DNA from: an uncultured virus (IMG/VR IMGVR_UViG_3300012344_000022)
Taxonomy: Duplodnaviria; Heunggongvirae; Uroviricota; Caudoviricetes
Strand: one strand, 5' to 3'
Virus record (IMG/VR): IMGVR_UViG_3300012344_000022
DNA length: 64,000 nucleotides
The notes below the pieces were generated by a model. It did no database searches, had not been told where the DNA came from, and saw only the letters and a list, made by a program, of their open reading frames with translations. A program made the position numbers and the translations under genes. Numbering within the stretch: position 1 is the first letter of the stretch; the number at the start of each line of letters is the position of its first letter. Below are positions 48,052 to 57,795 of the stretch, in pieces.

Positions 48052-50958
48052 ATGGAAATCAATATAACTGTAAAACAGACTATATATAATAGTATTCATA
48101 GTTATCCACCTTCTTTAACTGGATTTGTAAAAAATGCAAAAGTATATTTATATAAAAATAAATATGCATGTACACCATCATATGTATTTTATACAGGCAT
48201 TCATGGAATATCAAAAACTGTGTATGAAGATGTAAAACTTTATGCACAAGCATTTTTTGGAAAACATAAAAGTGGTATTGTTGAAGTTAGTACATCTGGT
48301 GAAACTGTGATAGAACTTCCTAATATATTTAGTGATGGATGGTTTCTCTCTGATACATGGGGAAATCTCCCAGATAGAAATGACACAGATGATATAAAGA
48401 GATCAATATACATTACAAACACAAGTAGTCCTTCAAAAATAGATAGTCAAACTACAGTATCAAATTTTGTAAATGATGAAGGTACACAAATTATTGAAAT
48501 GTTTGCAAATTCTGAACTATCTTTTGATGGTGTTGCATTGATAGATACATCAATAGGTTTGACAAACAGTAAAATTTCAACAAACCCTGCTGTAGTAAAT
48601 AATAATTTTTTGTATAGTTTTTATGATGCAGATGTATATAAACCTGCATATGTTTCAGGAAATTCTGTTTCGAGAGTATTTGCACTTCATTCATATGCAG
48701 GCAATACAAGTATAAATACATCCATAAAACCGGCATTTATAGGTGATAACACAATATTGAAATTTGATGGAACATCAAGTGATCATTCAATTGGTCAATA
48801 TAGATGTTCTCAAAGTGTTCCAGATAATCAATGGGCAAGTTATGTTGCTGATAATGGAAATCTATATTATTCTATTGCAGTAACTAATCTTGATTGTATA
48901 TTGCAGCAAACAGTAAAACTTATAAAAGGATATAAATACAAATTTAATATTTTTACTGCATCTGAAGCAAATAATGATGGTATTGTTATTACAAAAGTAT
49001 CTGATTTTTTGAATGAAAATAATGGATATTCAGTTTCGAATGTAAAAGATTGTCTTGGTAAGTGTTCAGGCATAAGAAAAACAAATACATTTTCATATAT
49101 ACCACAACAAGATGAGACTATATATATTTCATTTCTTTCAGATAGTGAAGATACTGGATGGATTGATTCAAATGGAACAGATCCAGATGGTGTTGAATAT
49201 ACTGAATATGGTGAAGTTGAAATACAAATTGAAAAACCTGCAATATATGAAGTTAAGTTCTATGCGAATGGAAATTCATGTATAATAGGTAATGTTGAGA
49301 CTTCTGAAAATGGTTATGTGATAGGTGAATATATCTTGAAAGACAAACTGAAAACTGTTGATACTGTCGACAAATCCCACATATTTATGGGATGGGGAGA
49401 CAGTCCTGAAAATCCTACTACAATATACAATATTGACAATATTGTTGATCCATCAACACTACCTTCTGAATTGTATGCAGTATGGGAAGACAAATATGGA
49501 TATTATAAGGTAAAGGTTGTAGATACAAATGAGAATGCCATTGCATCTGCAACAGTGATATTCTATGATGACATATCCAATACGAATAAAATTGGATCTG
49601 CAATTACAAATGAATCTGGTGAAGCTATATTTTCAGTAAGTATGAACAATGCACCAGCAAAATTATATGCATTTCCTATACTTGATGGATATGTGTATAA
49701 TTCTGTTCGTAAGGATGTTGACAGGACTGAAACAAGAGATATGAACACAGGTGTCTCCATATTGTATATGTCCATATCAAATGATGGAGAAGACGCCGGA
49801 ATGAAATCAATTTTGAAGACAATGTTTTCAAAACTGTCATCGAACCATATAAAGAAGTGTATAAATGACAATGAAGATGTGGATTATGATGAAGATGGAT
49901 ACAGAATAAATATAGTTGACCCTGATTCTGTAGATACTCTGGACATTTTTACATCTATTCCTGTCATAATGAACAGTGATAATAAAAACATAATAGGTTC
50001 TGTAGATACATCATTGAAACAGGATACAAATGAACTCAATATAAAGACTGTAAATAGATATTCGGGATATTATAATCCCATTTTCAAGGATATATTATTT
50101 TATGACAACTACAACAAAAACTGTCCTTATTCCAACACAAAATTTGATGATGACTATGAGGACAATTATGGAAAGTTTGGTATAATAAGAAATATGTGGT
50201 TTCATAAGGTGAATGATGAGAAATCTACAGAAATAGTGTCATCATTGACACCATATTATCCATTGACAGGTCAGTATGCTCTTGACTGTAAGGACTACAA
50301 CATATTCGCGAGCAACTGGGATATGAATTATTACACAAAACAGACGGACACCCTTCATAGTGAAGAATGTATGAATGTGGCAAGTATGAAGAATGGATTG
50401 TGTATGTTCGGTTCAAAATATTTGAATACTCCTGAAACTATAGAAATTGAATGTCTTTCTGGTCATCAGGAATGGAATGATGAATGGATAACAAGTCCTA
50501 ATGCCTGTGATGGGGAAATGATGTATAAGGAGGTAAACAGAAACAGTGTCAGGTTCTATCTTTTTTTGAAAAAGAGAATATTAAGATACTTTTATGAAAA
50601 ACTATACAATGAGTTTTCAAAATACATAAGCAAAGACTATTCATATGGAAATAAGGGTCTGGAAGATGATATTAATGAATATGTAAGTAAGAATATACTG
50701 AAACTTTATAAACTTGAAAGAATAAGACTGTTTGTGAGACAGGATAAGATGGGGATTCATGATAATAGAATTGACAATGACTATATAACTTATATAGACA
50801 GGACTGTGGATGAACTGAAAAGAGAAGGTTTTAATGAAACAAGGACAATATCAATGTCAAAAATAAGTCTTGATGACTTTGACAGACAGATAACATATAA
50901 TTTGAAGAATGGGTATAAAGAAGATTTTGGTTTCAGTTTCATAATAAAGAAGATATAA
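48052..50958 (+). CDS. Large hypothetical protein with central beta-sandwich-like modules, probably structural
   Basis: InlB-B-repeat-like 'YEVKFYANG...FMGW...LYAVW' and 'VKVVDTNENAIASATV...TNESGEA'. Likely start is ATG 48052. Confidence 0.55.
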   Translation: MEINITVKQTIYNSIHSYPPSLTGFVKNAKVYLYKNKYACTPSYVFYTGIHGISKTVYEDVKLYAQAFFGKHKSGIVEVSTSGETVIELPNIFSDGWFLSDTWGNLPDRNDTDDIKRSIYITNTSSPSKIDSQTTVSNFVNDEGTQIIEMFANSELSFDGVALIDTSIGLTNSKISTNPAVVNNNFLYSFYDADVYKPAYVSGNSVSRVFALHSYAGNTSINTSIKPAFIGDNTILKFDGTSSDHSIGQYRCSQSVPDNQWASYVADNGNLYYSIAVTNLDCILQQTVKLIKGYKYKFNIFTASEANNDGIVITKVSDFLNENNGYSVSNVKDCLGKCSGIRKTNTFSYIPQQDETIYISFLSDSEDTGWIDSNGTDPDGVEYTEYGEVEIQIEKPAIYEVKFYANGNSCIIGNVETSENGYVIGEYILKDKLKTVDTVDKSHIFMGWGDSPENPTTIYNIDNIVDPSTLPSELYAVWEDKYGYYKVKVVDTNENAIASATVIFYDDISNTNKIGSAITNESGEAIFSVSMNNAPAKLYAFPILDGYVYNSVRKDVDRTETRDMNTGVSILYMSISNDGEDAGMKSILKTMFSKLSSNHIKKCINDNEDVDYDEDGYRINIVDPDSVDTLDIFTSIPVIMNSDNKNIIGSVDTSLKQDTNELNIKTVNRYSGYYNPIFKDILFYDNYNKNCPYSNTKFDDDYEDNYGKFGIIRNMWFHKVNDEKSTEIVSSLTPYYPLTGQYALDCKDYNIFASNWDMNYYTKQTDTLHSEECMNVASMKNGLCMFGSKYLNTPETIEIECLSGHQEWNDEWITSPNACDGEMMYKEVNRNSVRFYLFLKKRILRYFYEKLYNEFSKYISKDYSYGNKGLEDDINEYVSKNILKLYKLERIRLFVRQDKMGIHDNRIDNDYITYIDRTVDELKREGFNETRTISMSKISLDDFDRQITYNLKNGYKEDFGFSFIIKKI

Positions 50959-50962
50959 TTTG

Positions 50963-50994
50963 AAAAATCCTGTGAGACATCTCACAGGATTTTT
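50963..50994. terminator. Bidirectional terminator
   Basis: aaaaatcctgtgaga-ca-tctcacaggattttt between convergent genes. Confidence 0.85.
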
Positions 50995-51529
50995 ATTTTG
51001 ACTGATATGGTATCAAAGTCCATGAACATTTTATTTCCATATCTCCATATTTCACAGTAAAGTCAATCTTTTTCTTATTGTTTTTTTCAAAAACAAAATT
51101 GGTAGTATTATTATCAACCGAATGTGTGAATATTATTTTTCTTGTATTTGTCTCATTGTAATAAGATTGTGAAAAATATTTAGATATGTTTTCATCAACT
51201 TCATCAAATGAAACATTGATGTCTGCACTCTTGTCATTTTCATAATAGAACAACTGTATACATGTTTCATCATCTTCTACTGCATTCCAGTTTTCATCAC
51301 ATTTTATATACACACAAGGTGATGACATGATGACACTGTATCCTACACCATCCACACCATCAATTCCTTGTTCTCCTTGACTTCCTGTTGGACCACCACC
51401 ATGCATTGCAATGTTTGAGAAATTGTCATTTATCTTTCTCACCATTTCGGCAATTGTGTCTTCATTGTCTATCTTTATAAGCTTGAGATTGTCTCTCTTA
51501 TCTCCATATTCAAATTCCGTATCTGCCAT
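50993..51529 (-). CDS. Baseplate/fibre-like protein with a short collagen-like stretch
   Basis: 'KINDNF' motif followed by GPTGSQGEQGIDGVDG (Gly-X-Y). Confidence 0.55.
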   Translation of the reverse strand: MADTEFEYGDKRDNLKLIKIDNEDTIAEMVRKINDNFSNIAMHGGGPTGSQGEQGIDGVDGVGYSVIMSSPCVYIKCDENWNAVEDDETCIQLFYYENDKSADINVSFDEVDENISKYFSQSYYNETNTRKIIFTHSVDNNTTNFVFEKNNKKKIDFTVKYGDMEIKCSWTLIPYQSK

Positions 51530-51531
51530 AA

Positions 51532-52227
51532 TTATAATTCAGTTATCATAAGTTTATTGTATGGAATCACACCATCATAAAAGAATGTTGGTTCATTTTC
51601 ATCATCGAACTGTTGGTTCGTGTCTATTGAAAGCAGATTTATGTTCAGATCAGTTATCTTCACTTTCAGGACAATTATTTCAAGTTCCTTGGCATATTTT
51701 TCTTCATATTGATCTGCAAGTTCATCAAACTCATCAGATGTTTCAAGATATGAATATGCAACATATTCATCAGTCGCAAGAAAACATCCCTGTGAAATGT
51801 TTTCGTATGGTGTGCTTTCATAAGACCAGAATGTTTTTCTGGGAAGTTTACCACCGAGACCATATTTTTTGATTGAATTCAAATAACATGACGGTGTGGA
51901 ATGATAAAGATATTCCTTTCCTTCAAGATATTTCATAACAGGATTTTTAAGACTTTCCTTTATATCATCAACTTTTTCTCCGAACTTGATTATATATGCA
52001 TCCATATTATAATTCACGAGTCTTCCTTTCTTTATCCATTCGAATTTGTATCTCATAGGAGGGATGTCCTTTTTGAACCTGTGATAGAATTCTACCACAT
52101 CATATGTCTTTCCTTCAAGTCTTTTTGACCAGTACGGTTTTATCTCACGATAATCATGTGTGAGTTTTCCATCCTTTATCAAGTTATACCAGTATTCATT
52201 TACTGGCAGTTTCAAAACATTGTCCAT
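51532..52227 (-). CDS. ASCH domain fused to an ADP-ribosyltransferase-like domain
   Basis: ASCH-like 'LKLPVNEYWYNLIKDGKLTHDYREIKPYWSKRL'; ART-like 'YLYHST....SIKKYGL...GCFLA...VLKV...YDGVIP'. Confidence 0.6.
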   Translation of the reverse strand: MDNVLKLPVNEYWYNLIKDGKLTHDYREIKPYWSKRLEGKTYDVVEFYHRFKKDIPPMRYKFEWIKKGRLVNYNMDAYIIKFGEKVDDIKESLKNPVMKYLEGKEYLYHSTPSCYLNSIKKYGLGGKLPRKTFWSYESTPYENISQGCFLATDEYVAYSYLETSDEFDELADQYEEKYAKELEIIVLKVKITDLNINLLSIDTNQQFDDENEPTFFYDGVIPYNKLMITEL

Positions 52228-52270
52228 ATAATTATTTATGGGATTTTATGTTTGTTATTTTTATAGTGTT

Positions 52271-52996
52271 ATGAAAAATGAAATAAAATATAATAAAGAT
52301 AATCCATTGAAGGTATTCACCACATTTTCTGGTTATGACTCCCAGTGTCTTGCCTTGAAAAAATCAGGAATACCTTTTGATCTTGTGGGATGGAGTGAAA
52401 TTGAGAAGAGAGCAATTGATGCCCATAATTTGATATTTCCGGAATATAAGGACAGAAACTATGGAGACATCTGCAAGATTGACTGGAAAAGTGTTCCTGA
52501 TTTTGATTTCTTTACTTATTCAAGTCCTTGTCAGTCATTTTCAATATGTGGCAAAATGTTGGGTGGTGAAGAAGGGTCTGGAACAAAATCATCACTTCTC
52601 TGGGAATGTAAAAAGGCAATTGAAATCAAGAGACCCAGATATCTTATGCTTGAAAATGTAAAAAATCTTGTATCTGACAAATTTATACATACTTTTAATC
52701 TCTGGCTTGACTATCTTAAATCACAAGGATATACAAACTGGTGGAAGGTCTTGAAGGGATCAGATTATGGTATCCCACAAGAAAGAGAAAGAGTGTTCTG
52801 TGTTTCAATACTTAATCCAGATGGTAATTTCATATTCCCAAAAGGACACAAATTGTATAAATCTGTTGAAGATTTTATGCAGACAAAGGAACAGATGGGT
52901 GATACTTATGAAAATATTGTAGATCCCAAAGAAAATTATGAAAATTATATAAAAGAAAATCCACAATTATATAAGTTTGCAGTAAAACAAAAATAA
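52271..52996 (+). CDS. Split C5 cytosine methyltransferase, alpha part (motifs I-VIII)
   Basis: FSGYDS, SSPCQSFS, MLENV, PQERERVF; intein-less paralog of 27283-28446. Confidence 0.9.
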   Translation: MKNEIKYNKDNPLKVFTTFSGYDSQCLALKKSGIPFDLVGWSEIEKRAIDAHNLIFPEYKDRNYGDICKIDWKSVPDFDFFTYSSPCQSFSICGKMLGGEEGSGTKSSLLWECKKAIEIKRPRYLMLENVKNLVSDKFIHTFNLWLDYLKSQGYTNWWKVLKGSDYGIPQERERVFCVSILNPDGNFIFPKGHKLYKSVEDFMQTKEQMGDTYENIVDPKENYENYIKENPQLYKFAVKQK

Positions 52997-52998
52997 GT

Positions 52999-53466
52999 AT
53001 GGGATCAAAAGTATCAAAAATAAAAACAGGAAAACAGATTGCAAATGTAAATACTGTTGTAAAAGATTTTGATGAAGATATGTGGGGGACAGAATCAAAC
53101 TTATTTGGAGAAACACCTGAAGATGCAATACCAAATAAATGTCCATATATAATTCAGTTGGGAAATATCAGACAGGACAGGAAAAAATTTTCAAACCCAC
53201 AGGATGGACGAGTATATTCAATGAAAGGATGTTGTCCTACACTTCATCTGGGTGAACCACCAAGATTTATAATTGAAGATGATGATGGATATAAAATAAG
53301 AAGTTTGAGTGGGTTTGAGTCAATGAGACTTATGGGTGTAGAAGATGAAGATATACAAAAACTTGTTGATGGTGGATTAAGCAACAAACAATTATGCATG
53401 CTTGCTGGTAATTCCATAATAGTAAACATTATGAGTGAGATGTTCAATGAATTGATAAAACATTAA
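52999..53466 (+). CDS. Split C5 cytosine methyltransferase, beta part (TRD + motifs IX-X)
   Basis: TRD 'PQDGRVYSMKGCCPTL'; IX 'IRSLSGFESMRLMG'; X 'LAGNSIIV'. Confidence 0.85.
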   Translation: MGSKVSKIKTGKQIANVNTVVKDFDEDMWGTESNLFGETPEDAIPNKCPYIIQLGNIRQDRKKFSNPQDGRVYSMKGCCPTLHLGEPPRFIIEDDDGYKIRSLSGFESMRLMGVEDEDIQKLVDGGLSNKQLCMLAGNSIIVNIMSEMFNELIKH

Positions 53467-53470
53467 ATGT

Positions 53471-53749
53471 ATGGAACAAGAAAAAATAGTTGCATTTGAG
53501 GATGCGAAGTTTGATGACAAGACTCCTGAAATATATTTTGATGACGTGAAGGTAAAATATGTTCAGGATCCTGACTGCACGGAAGACAGGGATGGTGAAG
53601 TGCAGACACTTTTTATGGAGACAAGAAACAATGGAATTGACAGATTTATTGCATTTTCCACTGATGGAAAACATTTCTGGTCGGTAGATGATGTTGATGA
53701 CATTATAAAATTATTCAATGATTTCAAGAAAAAAGCTGAAATAAAATAA
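53471..53749 (+). CDS. Hypothetical protein
   Basis: 92-aa ORF within the operon. Confidence 0.6.
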   Translation: MEQEKIVAFEDAKFDDKTPEIYFDDVKVKYVQDPDCTEDRDGEVQTLFMETRNNGIDRFIAFSTDGKHFWSVDDVDDIIKLFNDFKKKAEIK

Positions 53750-53756
53750 AAATAAA

Positions 53757-54200
53757 ATGAAAGTAAGAGTAAAGAAATTGAATCCGAATGCGGTTGTTCC
53801 ATTCAAGACACATGACAGTGATTTTTGTTATGACTGTGTCGCTGTAAGTCGTGAAGAGATTGCACCCAATGTGTATAAATATGGACTTGGACTTGCATTT
53901 GAAATTGTAAGAGAAGATGGTTCTGTTGAAACTATTATGGATCTGGATGCCAGACCAAGATCAAGTGTGTGGAAGACAGGTATGGTATTGTCCAATTGTA
54001 CAGGGACAATAGATGAATCATATCGAGGAGAAGTCTGTGCAATCTTTTATCATGTATTGCCAGATATGCCTATATATGAAATAGGAGATAGGGTTATCCA
54101 GATATGTCTTGGAAAGACTGAAAAGATTGATTTTGAAGAAACAGATGAACTTACATCAACAGAAAGAGGAACTGGTGGTTTTGGATCAACAGGAAAATAA
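53757..54200 (+). CDS. dut: Trimeric dUTPase
   Basis: 'RPRSS', 'GTIDESYRGE', 'GDRVIQ', 'RGTGGFGSTG'. Confidence 0.95.
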   Translation: MKVRVKKLNPNAVVPFKTHDSDFCYDCVAVSREEIAPNVYKYGLGLAFEIVREDGSVETIMDLDARPRSSVWKTGMVLSNCTGTIDESYRGEVCAIFYHVLPDMPIYEIGDRVIQICLGKTEKIDFEETDELTSTERGTGGFGSTGK

Positions 54201-54203
54201 AAG

Positions 54204-54235
54204 AAATTGCAGTGGAAATAACCACTGCAATTTTT
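54204..54235. terminator. Bidirectional terminator
   Basis: aaattgcagtgg...ccactgcaattt. Confidence 0.8.
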
Positions 54236-54236
54236 A

Positions 54237-54449
54237 TTATATCTTACTCAAAAGAGTATTGATGTCACCAAGAAGGTCATACACACATTTTGCCGAAGGA
54301 TATTGCAAGTCGGTAGATGATTCACTTATTGATGAAACAAGATTTTTTTCCTGAAACTTGTCTGATGTCTTTCCATCAAGTGTAGTAGTCTCAATAGGAT
54401 GAATAACATCACCTATTTTTATACTTTTGATTGTCTCTATATCTGTCAT
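54237..54449 (-). CDS. Small fibre-motif protein, paralog 2
   Basis: 'FQEKNLVSSI.E.STD.QYPSAKCVYD'. Confidence 0.65.
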   Translation of the reverse strand: MTDIETIKSIKIGDVIHPIETTTLDGKTSDKFQEKNLVSSISESSTDLQYPSAKCVYDLLGDINTLLSKI

Positions 54450-54460
54450 AATTTATATAA

Positions 54461-54676
54461 TTATTTTTTATTCAAAAGTGATTTTATGTCTCCTACAATA
54501 TCATACACGCATTTTGCGGAAGGGTATTGGTCATCCGTTGAATTTTCATCTACTGATGAAACAAGATTCTTCTGTTGAAAATAACTTGCAGGATGACCAT
54601 TGAGATATTGTGCATCCAGAGGATGTTCAACACCGTCAGTAGTTCTGATATGAGTTATAGTCTCTATATCTGCCAT
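54461..54676 (-). CDS. Small fibre-motif protein, paralog 1
   Basis: 'FQQKNLVSSV.E.STD.QYPSAKCVYD'; CATAAATA on the minus strand at 54698-54705. Confidence 0.65.
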   Translation of the reverse strand: MADIETITHIRTTDGVEHPLDAQYLNGHPASYFQQKNLVSSVDENSTDDQYPSAKCVYDIVGDIKSLLNKK

Positions 54677-54747
54677 AATAAATCATAAAATATATTATAT
54701 TTATGAAAGTTTCTTTGTTATATTTTATATGATAAAAATATTTAGAT

Positions 54748-55716
54748 ATGTCATCAGTAAAAAATTTGGATACAATTCTTTGGACAGAAAAATATAGACC
54801 AGATACTCTTGATGGGTGTATTCTTCCAAACAGAATCAAAACACTTCTTCAAGATGGTGTAAAAACTAATATGCTTTTTTATGGAACTGCTGGAATAGGT
54901 AAAACCACAACGGCAAAGGCCATATGTAGTCAATTTGGACATAATACATTATATATAAATGGTTCTACAGAAAACTCTATTGATGTTGTTAGAAACAAAA
55001 TCAGTGATTTCGCTATGAATCAGTCAATTCTTCATTATGATAACCCCATCAAAGTTGTCATTATTGATGAATCGGACTTCATGAGTCAAAATGCTCTGGC
55101 GGGAATGAGAGCAACTATCGAGCAGTATGCCACAAACACTAGATTTATTTTTACTTGCAACTATGTCGAGAAAATACCTGATCCTATTCAATCTCGTTTC
55201 CAGATGATTGATTTCAATTTCACACAGGAAGAACAAATTGAAATCAAGAAAGGTCAGTTCAAGAGAATTATTGAAATCTGCAACAAGGAGGGAATGTCAA
55301 TCACGAAGGAAGCTGCATTAAAACTCTTACAGACATATTATCCAGACTTCAGGTCAATTATCAATCATTTGCAGAGATACAAGCTTGAAGGAAAGACAAA
55401 CATTGTTGATACAGATGTAAAAGATTCAGCAAGTGAATATTCAGAACTTTATGATATGATTATCACACAGGACAATCCTGTGGAAAATTACAAGTTTGTG
55501 ATGAAGAACTATTCAAATTGTGTAGATGAAGTAATTTCTGCACTAGGATATCCATTCATTGAGTATATATTGAAATCAAAACCTGCTCTTATGGGTAAGA
55601 TACCTGTGATTTCTGTTCTCAATGCAAAGTATCAGCAGAATTTAAAAAACTGTATAGATCCTGTGGTGGTTCTTCTTGCAAATATTTTCGAACTTCAAAT
55701 GGAGTTTCAAAAATAA
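54748..55716 (+). CDS. Clamp loader AAA+ subunit (T4 gp44/RFC-like)
   Basis: 'LWTEKYRP', 'GTAGIGKT', 'IIDESD', 'QSRF'. Confidence 0.92.
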   Translation: MSSVKNLDTILWTEKYRPDTLDGCILPNRIKTLLQDGVKTNMLFYGTAGIGKTTTAKAICSQFGHNTLYINGSTENSIDVVRNKISDFAMNQSILHYDNPIKVVIIDESDFMSQNALAGMRATIEQYATNTRFIFTCNYVEKIPDPIQSRFQMIDFNFTQEEQIEIKKGQFKRIIEICNKEGMSITKEAALKLLQTYYPDFRSIINHLQRYKLEGKTNIVDTDVKDSASEYSELYDMIITQDNPVENYKFVMKNYSNCVDEVISALGYPFIEYILKSKPALMGKIPVISVLNAKYQQNLKNCIDPVVVLLANIFELQMEFQK

Positions 55717-55811
55717 ATAAAAAATATTGAAATTTATCACAAAAAGAGATGTCATTTGATGTCTCTTTTGTTATTTTTATTTCAAAAGTTTGAATAATAA
55801 TTTTTATTTAT

Positions 55812-57782
55812 ATGGGAAAAATATATAATGATGTTCAACAGTCTGGGAGTTCTGATCAGAAAAAGAACAATCCTGAAATTCTCCTGAATATGGGAACAAT
55901 GGTAATAGGAAGAGATGATGTGATGCATAGGGAGAATGAAATAGACCGCATATACAACATTATGGATAAGGCTTCACACAGAGCCGTACTTCTTGTGGGG
56001 GATACAGGAATAGGAAAAAGAAGTATCATTGAAGGATATGTGCAGAAACTCAGGGACAATTACAGAAATGAATATGTGGTGGAGATTGATTTTGATGAAC
56101 TTATCAAACAGACACACAATGCAGATTTTAGTCAGGTTGTTTCCACTATACTTGATACTGCTGTAAATAATGACAGTGCTCAAATAACTCTTATGCTGAG
56201 CAATATAGGTTATCTTCTCAATATCAACTGTTATGGTAATGCAGGATTTGCATTTATCAACAATATGATGAAATATATTGATGAAGACAATCTTCAGGTA
56301 ATTATTACTGCAACAACAGATGAATATAAGGTAATTGAAGATTCTTTCAAAAAAGTCATTGATACATTTACCATCATCAAACTCAATGAACTCACAAAGG
56401 AACAAACTATTGATATTTCAAAAAGTTTTGTTGATTTTTATGGTGATGTATATGATATGACATTTCCAGAAAATGTTTGTGAACTCATATGTGATAATGC
56501 AGACAAATATATCAAAACCAAACCATTTCCCGGAAAGGTTGATGACTTATTTGATGAAGTCTGTGCAGGAGTATCAAATAAATACAGACATCTTGACAGC
56601 AGAATTATAAAACTCATTGGTGACAGTGATAAAATCAAGGAAGATATCAAGAAGTCAATGGAGTCAAATGATTTGATTACTTGTGAAACATTGAAAAAGA
56701 AACTTCAAAAGAATATTGACAAAGCAAACAAGATTGATGATGAAACATATACAGTCATTGACTTGACAGAAACAGATATTCTTGAACAGATAGGTAAGAT
56801 TGTGGATGTGAATATCACGAAACTGTCGAAGGATCAGACAAAGTTTCTCAAGGATATGCCTGATGAAATCAAGAAATATGTGATAGGTCAGGATCAGGCT
56901 GTTGATATGGTTGTCAAGAATATACGAAGAAACAAGCTTGGGTTGAGAAAAACAAGACATTCAGCGGGAAACTTTATGTTCATTGGTTCTACAGGTGTGG
57001 GAAAGACTTATCTTGCAAAACAGCTTGCAAAATATCTTTATGGAAGTGAAGAAAATCTTTTGAGACTTGATATGAGTGAATTCCAGAATGAAATAGATGT
57101 ATCAAAACTTCTTGGATCTGCACCAGGTTATGTAGGATATAAGGAGTCCGGTCTTCTGGTAAAAGGTCTTGCAAAGAAACCTGAAACTGTGGTTCTCTTT
57201 GATGAAATAGAGAAAGCACATCAAAGTGTCTACAATGTTCTTCTTCAATTGCTTGATGAGGGTTTCATAACTGGAAGTGATGGTAAGAAAGTGGATGCTT
57301 CAAAGGCTTTGATTATATTTACATCGAATATTGGTGTAAGACAGGCACAGGAAATGTCAAACCCTCTTGGATTTTCAAATAATACTGAAAAGAAAAAGAA
57401 TGAAAACAAAGAGAAAATTATACGTCAGGCATTGAAGAAAAGATTCAGTCCTGAATTCTTGAATAGACTTGACAATATTTGTTATTTCAATTCCCTTGAT
57501 TTGGAAACATTGAAATCAATTCTTCATAAGGAACTTGATGAATCAAATGAAAAAATAAAGTCATTGACAGGAAAGACTGTAGTTCTATCTCCTGAAGTGG
57601 AAGACTGGGTAATTGATAAGGTTGAGAAGGAAGACAATGGTGCAAGACCTATCATAAGGATACTTCAACAGAATATTGAGGAAAATATTGCGGATATGAT
57701 TATCAATGAAGACAATATTCTTGATATGAAGAAAAAGACATTGACAGCAAAATTGATAAATGATGAAATTGTAATAAAATAA
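55812..57782 (+). CDS. Clp/Hsp100 ATPase (ClpA/C-like) with a degenerate first AAA+ module
   Basis: NBD2 is intact: GSTGVGKT, DMSEF, APGYVGY, FDEIEKAH, PEFLNRLD, GARP. LGF loop present. NBD1 reads GDTGIGKR with no Walker B DE. Confidence 0.85.
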   Translation: MGKIYNDVQQSGSSDQKKNNPEILLNMGTMVIGRDDVMHRENEIDRIYNIMDKASHRAVLLVGDTGIGKRSIIEGYVQKLRDNYRNEYVVEIDFDELIKQTHNADFSQVVSTILDTAVNNDSAQITLMLSNIGYLLNINCYGNAGFAFINNMMKYIDEDNLQVIITATTDEYKVIEDSFKKVIDTFTIIKLNELTKEQTIDISKSFVDFYGDVYDMTFPENVCELICDNADKYIKTKPFPGKVDDLFDEVCAGVSNKYRHLDSRIIKLIGDSDKIKEDIKKSMESNDLITCETLKKKLQKNIDKANKIDDETYTVIDLTETDILEQIGKIVDVNITKLSKDQTKFLKDMPDEIKKYVIGQDQAVDMVVKNIRRNKLGLRKTRHSAGNFMFIGSTGVGKTYLAKQLAKYLYGSEENLLRLDMSEFQNEIDVSKLLGSAPGYVGYKESGLLVKGLAKKPETVVLFDEIEKAHQSVYNVLLQLLDEGFITGSDGKKVDASKALIIFTSNIGVRQAQEMSNPLGFSNNTEKKKNENKEKIIRQALKKRFSPEFLNRLDNICYFNSLDLETLKSILHKELDESNEKIKSLTGKTVVLSPEVEDWVIDKVEKEDNGARPIIRILQQNIEENIADMIINEDNILDMKKKTLTAKLINDEIVIK

Positions 57783-57795
57783 AATTTATTTATAT

